35,409 nt of DNA from a virus (IMGVR_UViG_3300014159_000003:1-35409); one strand, 5' to 3'. Counted from the stretch's first letter, positions 9,365-18,632 are shown. Notes: generated by a model not told the origin, from the sequence alone. Translations and numbers: made by a program.

Positions 9365-11694
9365 TATTGTAACCTTGATGTTGTAGGTGAAGTATAAAGC
9401 GTCATAGCATGAATCTGCAAATCAGATTGCGATACTAATGGATCCATCATTTGGCTTTGAGACATGCTTATAAATAATTGAACACATTGTCCATCAGTCT
9501 GAAAGTAAACAGGATGCCAAAGACGATCCTGGTATTGCTCAAAGGGAACTGTTGGATAAGCATAGGTCTCAAGAACGCCTGTTCCTACCAGAGCACCAGT
9601 AGTTGCACCATCCTCAAGCATCGATACCGCAGAAGTTGAAGGAAAATAATCTATTGTTAGCTGACCATCAGAAGTTGAATCCACCAAGAAATCTATCTTC
9701 TGTATATACACATTCCTATCTTGAGAAACATAAGGATTCCATTGTTTAGTAAGTATCTGAATATTGGATACACGACCCGCAGTACCACCACCAAGATAAC
9801 TACCCGCAAATGAAGGAACTAATCCTACGATAATCGTATCAGCATCTACTATAACTTGGACTGGATATATACCTTGACCACCTAGCGTAATGCCCGTGAG
9901 AAATTCCAATCTAATATAGTCACCAAGACTTAACGTATGATTTATAATAGTAAGAGTAAGTTGTTGTCCGGCTGCATTATAACTCATATTAGTTATCTGT
10001 AATGATTGAGCATTCACCGTTATATCAGAATCTATAAAGAGTAAAAATCCTTCTTGATTACCCGCTATAATTTGACGGAAACCACCTTCTCCTACACCTG
10101 ATTGCCATTGCCATTCAGATTCTTGCCAAGTTTCATAAGAATTTTCCCAAGTAGTTATTTGTTGTTGTTGGTAATAACCAAAACAGGTAAATGTATCAAC
10201 ATTAACTGCCCAACTATTATTTACATAATTATACACAAGTACTTGATTGGGAAAGGGTTCTGAAGGAGTTAAACTATTAGATGCAAAAGTCCAATAAACC
10301 ATTTCAGAAAAATAATCACGTATACCTTGAATACGATTAATACCAGCATTCATCTGTGATATATCAAAAATAAGATCAGGAATCTTTTGATCGATACGTT
10401 CTACGTTTGAACCATTACATGAATGTACACCAGTATTTCCTACAGCAAGTAACATCTTATCAAAAGGAACTATAGAGAATGTAGCATCAGATCCCAGTTC
10501 AGTATTAAGTTTCTGCCACTCAAAAGGTCTAATAAGATTACCTGTATAGACTATTTCCCAAGTACTTTGTTCAAAATAAACTATAAGACGATCCTTAATA
10601 AATCCACAAGTAACGATTGCTTCTTCAGTTGATGCATCAATATAACCAGCACCGGCTCCCGTTACTGTACCTGATCCAGGATCATAAGATTGATTTATTT
10701 CTAGCCATGCATTATCAGCAAATGGACTACCAATAAACGAATAACGACACCTGCTAGGATAAGCATAATTAGTTGAGGCAGTAGTATAAAAATTAGTACC
10801 AAAATTATCTATAGTCGTACCTGAATTCTCTACTACATTAAGCAGTAAAAGACATCCTTTAAAGGGAACCATGAGTAACGCAGATTGAACAAATCTTAAA
10901 GTACCTGATGTGTTGACGATAATAGTATAAGGAACATTACCAGCAACAGGAGAATAGGTAAAAGGATACCAGTTAGTTCCGTCATCAGTATAATAAATAG
11001 GATCATCGTTAACAGAGGGATTAGTACCAACAGTAACATTAAAATTACTGATAAAAAGAACCACGGTACTATTATCTGTAGAATGCCAATTAGTCGTCCA
11101 AACAAACTGCGAATTGTCACCATGAAGCACCATTGTCCCAAGGCGCTGCCAGAATCCACTTACAAATTTATAAGAAAACTGTGTATCAAACGCATATGAA
11201 GGTTGATCATTAACAGCACCATTATCATAGACCGCAAGACCCATTATAGGTTCAGCGGGATAGTAATATACCACGGTGTTAATATCAGCACCAGAAAAGA
11301 CATAAGCGCCTGTTGTCGTATTAAAGGTATGGGTTGTAGATGCTCCCGTCGTTAACATAACAACAGGCGTCCCTAGCGCCTGTACTGTAAAGATCTCATT
11401 ACCTATAGAAAACAGCTGACCAATCTCAAATAAAGCACCTGGTACTGTCCCTGCAGCATCGCCAGAACCATCAGTTGAACCCAAGGGTACAGATGCACGA
11501 GAATAAAGTGATGCGGTAACACCACCAATAGAAGGAGATCCAGTAAAGCGTGAACCAAATCTTTTACGAGTGCGACCACGCCATACATAAGCATTAATAA
11601 GCTGTGCATAGGCGTCATCCGGAATTAACCAGGGTTTTAAACTTGTTTCAAGACCCGTCTGAGACGGTGCAATCATAAAGCGGTCCATTGGCAT
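9364..11694 (-). CDS. Tail nozzle/stabilisation protein (P22 gp10 / tail tubular B-like); likely start MPMDRF at 11694
   Basis: ~776 aa beta-propeller-like; RCRYS, LIVYFEQSTW and VLVYNYVNNSW motifs; position after adaptor. Confidence 0.7.
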   Translation of the reverse strand: MPMDRFMIAPSQTGLETSLKPWLIPDDAYAQLINAYVWRGRTRKRFGSRFTGSPSIGGVTASLYSRASVPLGSTDGSGDAAGTVPGALFEIGQLFSIGNEIFTVQALGTPVVMLTTGASTTHTFNTTTGAYVFSGADINTVVYYYPAEPIMGLAVYDNGAVNDQPSYAFDTQFSYKFVSGFWQRLGTMVLHGDNSQFVWTTNWHSTDNSTVVLFISNFNVTVGTNPSVNDDPIYYTDDGTNWYPFTYSPVAGNVPYTIIVNTSGTLRFVQSALLMVPFKGCLLLLNVVENSGTTIDNFGTNFYTTASTNYAYPSRCRYSFIGSPFADNAWLEINQSYDPGSGTVTGAGAGYIDASTEEAIVTCGFIKDRLIVYFEQSTWEIVYTGNLIRPFEWQKLNTELGSDATFSIVPFDKMLLAVGNTGVHSCNGSNVERIDQKIPDLIFDISQMNAGINRIQGIRDYFSEMVYWTFASNSLTPSEPFPNQVLVYNYVNNSWAVNVDTFTCFGYYQQQQITTWENSYETWQESEWQWQSGVGEGGFRQIIAGNQEGFLLFIDSDITVNAQSLQITNMSYNAAGQQLTLTIINHTLSLGDYIRLEFLTGITLGGQGIYPVQVIVDADTIIVGLVPSFAGSYLGGGTAGRVSNIQILTKQWNPYVSQDRNVYIQKIDFLVDSTSDGQLTIDYFPSTSAVSMLEDGATTGALVGTGVLETYAYPTVPFEQYQDRLWHPVYFQTDGQCVQLFISMSQSQMMDPLVSQSDLQIHAMTLYTSPTTSRLQ

Positions 11695-11695
11695 G

Positions 11696-12286
11696 TTAAG
11701 TCCCCCAAACCCAATAAATACAAGGTACAACAGCAGGTCCTGTAGTAGTTCTTGGTGATCCATAAGCCGTAAATGTTGTTGTAGTATAACTTACAATAGA
11801 TACCGCCAAATTCGCATCAGTTCCACCAGAATAGACCGGAACCACAATAACACCCACGACAGTAGAAAAGACCGGTATGGTTGCTCCTGTGGGCAACGTG
11901 AATGTTGTATTGCCGGTAATGGTTGCAGTGCCCCATTTCTTAAGTAATCCTGATGGATCCCGTGACCAGCCGGGCGATGTGAGCGTAGCGGAGGTAAATT
12001 CAATGATTGCTCCTGCAGTTTGTCGTTGAAATGCTAATTCAGGTACGCCAGTAAGTGCAGAAGTCTGAGAGAATAGTGCCACTTCTCCTGCTGCTGTATT
12101 AGGTGCTGATGCTTGTACGGGAAGCGATACAAACATATGTTTACCAGCATTATCACTTGAAAAATCATAATGATTCACATCAACAAACGTCATAATACCA
12201 GTGAAGTTAGCTAATATTTGTGGTTGGGATGCTGCTATAGCATCAGCAGGTTGGGGTATACTTGGATAATAAGTAATCGATGGCAT
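11696..12286 (-). CDS. Putative tail/needle-associated protein
   Basis: 196 aa; PSGLLKKWG motif typical of fibre-like C-terminal domains; AGGAG RBS. Confidence 0.55.
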   Translation of the reverse strand: MPSITYYPSIPQPADAIAASQPQILANFTGIMTFVDVNHYDFSSDNAGKHMFVSLPVQASAPNTAAGEVALFSQTSALTGVPELAFQRQTAGAIIEFTSATLTSPGWSRDPSGLLKKWGTATITGNTTFTLPTGATIPVFSTVVGVIVVPVYSGGTDANLAVSIVSYTTTTFTAYGSPRTTTGPAVVPCIYWVWGT

Positions 12287-12295
12287 AAAATCTCC

Positions 12296-13276
12296 TTAAA
12301 ATTGTCCAAATCCCCATCCCCAATAGCCATTACCAGAAGCATTGAGTGATGTTTGATCAGAATATATTGATGAAGTACGTTGACTGGTTTGTTGTACAAT
12401 AGTACGTCTTTGAACAAGATCTTGTTGCATAAGAAACTCTGGTAAAATCATTTGAACAGAATCTTGGTCCATACGATCTTCAAATATCTTCTTAGATGCA
12501 CCATAAGCTATATATTGCCACCATTCATTAAGATCAGGATCTTGAGATGTAGCTAATAATTCTGTTGGTTGAACAAATGCTTCAATGTTGATGCGATATG
12601 GTTGATCAGGAATAGGTCGTAAGGTTATTTCACCATTAAAAAATAGAAGTGCTTGTGGTATAGCAGCTACATAAGGCACTGTCATAGAATTGACTGCTGT
12701 TGTTGGACCAGGAGGAGAACTATAGGTAAAATTATAGGCACCAGTAACATAATTTATGGTTCCCGTTCCATTACCTATTAAATTACCAAGACCATCATCA
12801 TATAATGCAAGTCCAGTATCATCAGTTGCTACTGAAGAAAAGAGAACTTTATCTCTTATAACAGGAACATTAGTTAAAATTCCTGTAAAAGTAGTAATGA
12901 TGCCATTACCTTGACCTATCTGGAATATATCATTAAGAGCGGGATATATAGCATAAAATTGTTCACGCGATTCTAGAAATTGACTCTGGAATCCAGCTAC
13001 ATATACAGGAGGTTGTAAGGTAATATATTTGTTCTTAAAGTTATAAAATGTTGAAGAAGGATCAATAGTATCAGTCTTATATCTATCTATATATGGTTCA
13101 CAATAGAACGTGAATGTACGATGAAGATTGAACAATCTAAGATGTTCAGGCATATCATAAAGCACGAAAGTATTAATATACTGATTAAGATCAGCATCTG
13201 GCAGTTGAGCAGTTGACGGCGTACGAGTCAGCCTTCGTACTTTTGTTTGTATGGCTGCTAATGTCGAATCTGCCAT
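12296..13276 (-). CDS. Head-tail adaptor / tail tubular protein A-like
   Basis: KVRRLT...LNQYIN N-terminus, LRPIPDQPY, WWQYIAYGA; synteny. Confidence 0.65.
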   Translation of the reverse strand: MADSTLAAIQTKVRRLTRTPSTAQLPDADLNQYINTFVLYDMPEHLRLFNLHRTFTFYCEPYIDRYKTDTIDPSSTFYNFKNKYITLQPPVYVAGFQSQFLESREQFYAIYPALNDIFQIGQGNGIITTFTGILTNVPVIRDKVLFSSVATDDTGLALYDDGLGNLIGNGTGTINYVTGAYNFTYSSPPGPTTAVNSMTVPYVAAIPQALLFFNGEITLRPIPDQPYRINIEAFVQPTELLATSQDPDLNEWWQYIAYGASKKIFEDRMDQDSVQMILPEFLMQQDLVQRRTIVQQTSQRTSSIYSDQTSLNASGNGYWGWGFGQF

Positions 13277-13284
13277 TGCATCTC

Positions 13285-13653
13285 CTAAAATCTAAACGGC
13301 AATACGTTCCTTGTAGCTTGAGTTAATATTTCATTCACTTCTGCTATAGGTACCACTTGAGCACATATATTATCATGAGGACTAGGATCCATTGGTATTG
13401 CAAATGGATCCATAGCAGTTGTATCTATAGGTATCGAAAAAGTTGTTGGTGATAACACCATTATAGGACCATCTAAACCATTAGCTTGCTGCATGCCTAC
13501 CGGAAGTGGTAAATCTAATCGCACTACTAAACCAGTGCCATAATTATGATTGAATGTAGTAGTTACTACTGCTGGAAAAGCATTAGTAATAGCAGCAATC
13601 AAGGTCATGGCTGGCTGAAAAGTAGGAGATTGAATGACATAGCAGCGTGGCAT
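13285..13653 (-). CDS. Small virion protein with ITNA.P.V.T..H...G..VR (E1-FCCH-like) domain
   Basis: Motif shared with the 334-aa protein. Confidence 0.6.
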   Translation of the reverse strand: MPRCYVIQSPTFQPAMTLIAAITNAFPAVVTTTFNHNYGTGLVVRLDLPLPVGMQQANGLDGPIMVLSPTTFSIPIDTTAMDPFAIPMDPSPHDNICAQVVPIAEVNEILTQATRNVLPFRF

Positions 13654-13654
13654 A

Positions 13655-14209
13655 CTAGTTTCTTCTTCCGGTTGAAGTTATATGGAGTGTTGTACCAGCA
13701 GATGCAACCACAAGATCTGGTGTTGGTCCAATATGTTCTTCATCAGTAAATTCTAATGATTTGAATTCTGCACGATGCTTTTTACGAGTAACACGCGCAT
13801 AAGAACCATCAGCAAATGGAGTTTCATAGACACCAGCTTCTCCTTGAATATAGGAATATTCTGGATACCAGCAATTCTCATTAAGATGTTTAGCTACCAT
13901 GCGTGGTAAGGTATAAACAGTATTATCTTTTAGTTCATAGAAAACCAATGGATCTTCTTTATATTTCTTGAAGGCGAAACGAAGTACGTCCCCGGGACAC
14001 TCGAGGAACATAAATTTGCCGCGCACAAGTTTATTATCTCGTTCACGTTGGTAATAGAGATCTTTTGGATCTGTGAAAACGGTTGGTTTAATTGGAGTAA
14101 GATCCCGTGGTCCATCTTTTTCAGGAGTCTTTTTTTTAGGTCCTGGCTTTTGTTTTTCACCCGAGATAATAGTAACTGCTTCAAGTGTGCCCGTTTCTAA
14201 TTTTTCCAT
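13655..14209 (-). CDS. Hypothetical head-associated protein
   Basis: 184 aa in structural operon, AAAGG RBS. Confidence 0.6.
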   Translation of the reverse strand: MEKLETGTLEAVTIISGEKQKPGPKKKTPEKDGPRDLTPIKPTVFTDPKDLYYQRERDNKLVRGKFMFLECPGDVLRFAFKKYKEDPLVFYELKDNTVYTLPRMVAKHLNENCWYPEYSYIQGEAGVYETPFADGSYARVTRKKHRAEFKSLEFTDEEHIGPTPDLVVASAGTTLHITSTGRRN

Positions 14210-14232
14210 TACATACCTTTCTAATTAAAAGG

Positions 14233-14256
14233 ATAGGGTGGCCGAAACCACCCTAT
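14233..14256 (-). terminator. Intrinsic terminator closing the capsid transcription unit
   Basis: ATAGGGTGG-TTTCGG-CCACCCTAT followed by CCTTTT. Confidence 0.7.
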
Positions 14257-14267
14257 TAATATTCATT

Positions 14268-15272
14268 CTACTGTTGATTAAGCGTTACATAATCAGATAC
14301 ACCTGCTTGCCAGAAGACAACATCGCTTGTAGAACCACCTGGAGAAGTGATACCAGAAGCAAGTTGCATACCTGTAAAGCCAGTATTGACCGTAGCATCA
14401 TCAAGTGAGTTAGCATTCATAACATTACCTGCTGGAGGTAATGCACCATTAAATGCTGCTTCACCGATAGGAATAATCATCGCAGGAGTAAATGGCACTT
14501 GAGCTGTTGTAGGCCAGGTAAATGTTCCTGGATACTGAGCTGCAGTAGCATTTACTACGAAGTCTAAATTACTAATAACAACTGACACGGTTGTTTGAAT
14601 TTGGTTCAATGATCCCCATCCAAATGCTGCAGGGATAACAAATCTAATTTGTTGTCCAACAGTAAGACCATGAGGTACTGTAGTACCCACCTGAATATAG
14701 TCACCATCATAGGTACTAATCATGTCACCAATCACTCGTGATCTAGGATAGAACAGAGGAGGGAATGGGATGATTCTATAAGTACCAGTTCCAGTAGCAG
14801 CAATTTGTGCCATACTAGCAAGGGAGAATGTAGTACCATTGAGTACCTCAATATAGAAATCAATACCACCAAGTTGTTGTCCTGATACAGTATTGAAGAT
14901 TCTAATAATATCACCTGTTGCTAATCCAGCGGTAGAAGCTACCGTAACTACTGGAGTAGAATCATTAGATATACTCGTAAATGCTAAAGAAACCCCTGGC
15001 GCATTCATTGAAGAATCTACATAAGTAAATCCACCAACAGTCAATGCAGCAGATGTAGATACATTAACTGCAGAAGCATCACTATTTCTTAAAGTTACAA
15101 TTCCATCATTAGCCGTCATACCAAGTTGCCAATAATATGATACTCCATGAGAATCATTAGAAGCGGCAGATTCAGTCATATTATACACATTCATCCAGTT
15201 GACACCGGATATCAAATTAATGGTTACAGGAGAACCTGTACCAATAAACATTCCTTGTGAAACAATAGGCAT
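14268..15272 (-). CDS. Putative capsid decoration/minor head protein
   Basis: Directly after the capsid gene; two E1-FCCH-like repeats (GLATGDIIRI, HGLTVGQQIRF). Confidence 0.6.
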   Translation of the reverse strand: MPIVSQGMFIGTGSPVTINLISGVNWMNVYNMTESAASNDSHGVSYYWQLGMTANDGIVTLRNSDASAVNVSTSAALTVGGFTYVDSSMNAPGVSLAFTSISNDSTPVVTVASTAGLATGDIIRIFNTVSGQQLGGIDFYIEVLNGTTFSLASMAQIAATGTGTYRIIPFPPLFYPRSRVIGDMISTYDGDYIQVGTTVPHGLTVGQQIRFVIPAAFGWGSLNQIQTTVSVVISNLDFVVNATAAQYPGTFTWPTTAQVPFTPAMIIPIGEAAFNGALPPAGNVMNANSLDDATVNTGFTGMQLASGITSPGGSTSDVVFWQAGVSDYVTLNQQ

Positions 15273-15281
15273 ATGTTCTCC

Positions 15282-16476
15282 TTAAGCTACAGTTACGCGA
15301 AGAGACAACGCCCATTGATCATTCAAGAGACGAGGTACCAGCGCCATCTTCCAACCAGCAGTTGAATTCAGGAACAATGGTCCACCGGCAATTGATGGTG
15401 GGCTATAAACGAAACTCGCTGAATAACCATCTTGTTCGATATTGGCATACGCTTCTTGTCCCACGCAAATAATTGGATAAACGGTATTACCCAAATTAGA
15501 GGCAAATGGAAGTTGAGCACCAATAGAAGAAGTGAAGAAACGGAGATTCATGATAGAGCCGTATTCATCATCCATGAAAGAAGGACGAGGATATTGAGCT
15601 TTAGCTACGAATCCGTTAACACCATCAAGGTTACCAATCAACTGTGAATTACAGAGCGCATAGTAACTATCACGAATAGGCGATGTCGCAAATTCATTGC
15701 TACCTTGAATGTAATCAGAGATATAACGGGCATTGTTATATTGCAATGTCTTTACGATCATCTGAACGTCAGACAATGAAATATTTGTAGGATTATCACC
15801 GTTAAATCCACCAGTCGCATTCATGAACGATGCCGTAGATACCAATACATCACGTGTCAGTTGATCTTCAGTTTGACGTAATGAAACGCCTAAACGAGCA
15901 GCTGCTTCGGTAAGTACTGGATCTTGATTTTGCAAAGTAACTTGTTCATTGATAATGATATAAGTTCCATAAAATGAAATCTGAGCATCGATATCTAATG
16001 AAGTAAGTATTTGCGCTGGAGGAGTAACACCAGAATTACCCAAAGGTACCGGTGCCGTATTTAAAGGATTATACCTTCTCATACGAAGGGTTGTACCACC
16101 ATTACGTGGCATTCTCTTTCTCATCGCTGCAAGATTATGAATCATTGCAGGGACTGGAACAGCGAGTAATTGCTTGCTAAACGTTTGTTGGCGCTCTATT
16201 ACTTTCAGGCTTAGCTTGCCTTACTAACCTCATGTGAGGCGGGGAAACTGCTTCGAATCTCCCTCTTATAGTTTCCTATAAGTTTAGACTATCGCTTACG
16301 CTCTCGCGTTTGTGAGACTTAGTCGTTCACGCTGCCCTCTAGGTTACCCTAGATGCTTGCGCCTTGTTGTCTTCGGCTTTACCCGGTCAGAGATCCAAGT
16401 CCATCACTCACAATTTTAATCCGGCTCATTAAACGCTTACCGGAGCAGGCAAAATACTCGTGGTTGTAATGGCCAT
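15282..16476 (-). CDS. Major capsid protein (N4-gp56-like), intron-split: join(16476..16439,16191..15282), 315 aa
   Basis: Spliced N-terminus MAITTTSILPAPV-QQTFSKQLLAVPVPAMIHN; MPRNGGTTLRMRRY, DPVLTEAAARLG and GWK motifs; GAGG RBS before 16476. Confidence 0.9.
16192..16438 (-). ncRNA. Group I self-splicing intron, 247 nt, no ORF
   Basis: 5' exon ends in U paired to G in P1 (UCCGGU/GCCGGA); P3 UUGUGAG/CUCACAA; R UGAACGACUAAG and S AAGCGAUAGUCU forming P7; P8 GAGA and P9 GAAA tetraloops; terminal G; removal restores the frame. Confidence 0.92.
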
Positions 16477-16522
16477 AGGAGACCTCACGAGGAAATGTGT
16501 TGAATTGCTTACATTACACTAT

Positions 16523-16622
16523 GGAGATCGGCGCACTCTCCTACTACTACCGAGAAAGGATTACTGAAGGTGACGAGGCTTCTTACGGTCTTTTGGGTTG
16601 AGCGATGGCCCGGTTACAGCTC
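16523..16622 (-). promoter_or_regulatory. Structured capsid 5' leader: three tandem H-type pseudoknots
   Basis: Units 16622-16595, 16590-16566 and 16553-16523 share stem1-nGUA-stem2-C-stem1'-stem2' with compensatory changes. Confidence 0.6.
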
Positions 16623-16629
16623 GAAGATC

Positions 16630-16657
16630 AGTCTAGTCTGCTTCTACAAAAAAACAA
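16630..16657 (-). promoter_or_regulatory. Putative sigma70-type capsid promoter
   Basis: TTGTTT-16-TAGACT; same CTAGACTGA context as the portal promoter. Confidence 0.55.
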
Positions 16658-16692
16658 TCCCACTAAGTGGGACAACCACAAAGTGGGACAAC
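16658..16692. repeat. Operator-like repeats upstream of the capsid promoter
   Basis: AAGTGGGACAAC at 16665 and 16681; palindrome TCCCAC-TAA-GTGGGA. Confidence 0.55.
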
Positions 16693-16724
16693 TGACAGTG
16701 CGAGATCAGTTAGCGAATAGTATC

Positions 16725-17450
16725 TTACCGAGAATTTATAACGTCTTGCATCTCTTTCCAGATACGAGCTTTCTCTTGTGCTGTAAATTCACCTGCACCA
16801 GTAGCAAATTCATTTACACGAGATAATGGACTATCACCGCGTGTTGGTGAAACAGAATTTAATGATCGTGGCTTAGCAAGATTCTTTTGGATCGTTTCTT
16901 TATTTTTCATAGTTTGATCCTTATATATACCAAGATTCTTAATCAATTTATATACTGAGGATGCACTACTATAAAAGTCCTGTGTATTGACGGTAAGACC
17001 TGGATGCATTTGCTCAAGTTGAGCTATATTAGCATCATTAAAAACAGCCTTAAAATCAGGATATTTATCGACGAGTGCTTGTTCTGCCATGCGACGCAAA
17101 TTCTGTTGATTATCACGTTCTATCTTACGAAGTCTTTTATCGATATAACCCACTTCTGCAAGATCATTAGGTGACACCGGCACTTCAGGTTCATCATCTT
17201 GTGGTTTTTGCAGACGAGCTTCCAGTTCATAGGTTCTTTTAAGTGCTTGATCTCGTTCCCATTCAGCACGATAAGCTTTTTCTCTTAAAGTTCTAAAGTT
17301 TTCATTAGCTGCATGTTGTGGTACTGACTGTTCTTCCGGTTCTTCTTGTACCTGTTCTTGCACTTGTTGTTCTTCTTGTGGTTCTTCAGGTTGCATCTGT
17401 CTTTGGATCTCTGCAGCGATCTGAGCTGGCGTCTTTACTATCTCTTCCAT
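16725..17450 (-). CDS. Capsid scaffolding protein
   Basis: E/Q-rich N-terminus, coiled coil, KYPDF motif, directly upstream of capsid. Confidence 0.75.
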   Translation of the reverse strand: MEEIVKTPAQIAAEIQRQMQPEEPQEEQQVQEQVQEEPEEQSVPQHAANENFRTLREKAYRAEWERDQALKRTYELEARLQKPQDDEPEVPVSPNDLAEVGYIDKRLRKIERDNQQNLRRMAEQALVDKYPDFKAVFNDANIAQLEQMHPGLTVNTQDFYSSASSVYKLIKNLGIYKDQTMKNKETIQKNLAKPRSLNSVSPTRGDSPLSRVNEFATGAGEFTAQEKARIWKEMQDVINSR

Positions 17451-17460
17451 CTTATCCTTT

Positions 17461-17958
17461 CTAGATTTTGATTATTACTGAAGGCTGATTAGGCTTTTCT
17501 CCATTAAGCTTCTGTGCTTTCTTAAGTAGATCTCCCGAAGAGAAATCGAGTATATAATTTAATGTTTTTCTATCATCTTTATCTATCCACAATGAATTCT
17601 CTTTATACCAATCACATATTTTGCGGCTAGGAATAGTCCATAAAAGCTCAAGATCATCTAAGATGCGATTATAGTAATAGACCGTCTGTATATTAGTGGG
17701 CGTAGGACAGGTGCGTCGGCAAACTGGTATCGGAGAATACTTATGAGGATCAATAAGGTTCTCACGGCCTTGAACTTCAACATAGAACGATCCTGAATAC
17801 TTAGCAGAGTAATCCTTGATTGCTTTAATAATCTTTTTAAGAAACTTATCCTCATGCTTAAATGCAAGGTCTACAATCTCATGGGCATCAGCATCATCTT
17901 GAGGCTTCTGAATGTTCTCAAGATAGAGTTGCCCAGCAGTCTTTTTCTTTTCTTCCAT
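17461..17958 (-). CDS. Hypothetical phage protein
   Basis: 165 aa, RRTCPTP..QTVY..LLWTIP, head module. Confidence 0.65.
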   Translation of the reverse strand: MEEKKKTAGQLYLENIQKPQDDADAHEIVDLAFKHEDKFLKKIIKAIKDYSAKYSGSFYVEVQGRENLIDPHKYSPIPVCRRTCPTPTNIQTVYYYNRILDDLELLWTIPSRKICDWYKENSLWIDKDDRKTLNYILDFSSGDLLKKAQKLNGEKPNQPSVIIKI

Positions 17959-17978
17959 TACTTACCTAGTTAAGGTTC

Positions 17979-18007
17979 GCGGCTAGGCGGGGATACACAC
18001 TAGCCGC
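17979..18007. terminator. Intergenic hairpin
   Basis: GCGGCTAG-13nt-CTAGCCGC; no clear U tract. Confidence 0.35.
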
Positions 18008-18021
18008 TCTCGAGGGGTGAA

Positions 18022-18204
18022 TTATTTATTCTTCTTGCGTAAAGGAGAACGCTGTTTCTTATCTTGCTTTACAGTATCAATATAGCCATCATGCTTGATT
18101 GCAGCTGCTGAAGGTTTAGCGATCATTTTTTTAACTGCTTTGCATGGTTTTGCACATAATGGAGTAGTAAATAGTACGAAAGATGCCAATAACAGTACAT
18201 TCAT
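18022..18204 (-). CDS. Small protein with signal-peptide-like N-terminus
   Basis: MNVLLLASFVLFTTPLCA followed by a basic tail; AAGGA RBS. Confidence 0.5.
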   Translation of the reverse strand: MNVLLLASFVLFTTPLCAKPCKAVKKMIAKPSAAAIKHDGYIDTVKQDKKQRSPLRKKNK

Positions 18205-18258
18205 CGTTTAGTTATCCTTTTTAGTTTGCTTATCAATAAAATTAAAAACGCCATCATT

Positions 18259-18447
18259 TTACTTTTTCTTTTTTCTCAGTTTAGCAAGTGTTTCTGCAAG
18301 ACGTGCACGTTTGCCTTCAACACCTTTTTTATGAGTCGCTTTTTCAAGTGTAGCTTTAGGGATCTTCTTGCCCTTTTTGATATGCAATTCTTCACGAAGA
18401 GCACCGGGCTTCTTAATTGCATCTTGAATCCAAAGTTTCTTTGCCAT
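18259..18447 (-). CDS. Small highly basic phage protein
   Basis: WIQDAIKKPGAL...KRARLAETL, a recurrent phage motif; TAATG coupling. Confidence 0.75.
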   Translation of the reverse strand: MAKKLWIQDAIKKPGALREELHIKKGKKIPKATLEKATHKKGVEGKRARLAETLAKLRKKKK

Positions 18448-18632
18448 TACTTTCTTCCTTTCTTAGCAGCTTTTCTACCTTCTGATAATGCTATTGCTAT
18501 GGCTTGTTTACGATTGGTTACCTCAGGTCCCTTTTTTGAACCAGAATGTAATTTTCCTTCGCTATACTCATGCATTACTTTTTCTACTTTTTTCTTAGCA
18601 ATACTTTTACTGCAAGATGAACATTTAGCCAT
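18447..18632 (-). CDS. Small basic protein, DUF6496-like
   Basis: KVEKVMHEY..GKLHSGS...NRKQAIAIALSE motif. Confidence 0.75.
   Translation of the reverse strand: MAKCSSCSKSIAKKKVEKVMHEYSEGKLHSGSKKGPEVTNRKQAIAIALSEGRKAAKKGRK

Noticed and set aside
15282-16145. 287-aa capsid starting at MIHNL as given in the ORF track
   Set aside because: The frame is open upstream to the intron 3' splice site and there is an RBS-bearing exon at 16476, so the track call is N-terminally truncated
16665-16692. Mini CRISPR array
   Set aside because: Only two 12-bp repeats with a 4-bp spacer and no cas genes
16605-16826. 73-aa plus-strand ORF as a homing endonuclease or regulator
   Set aside because: Antisense to the scaffold gene and promoter; no HNH, GIY-YIG or LAGLIDADG motif
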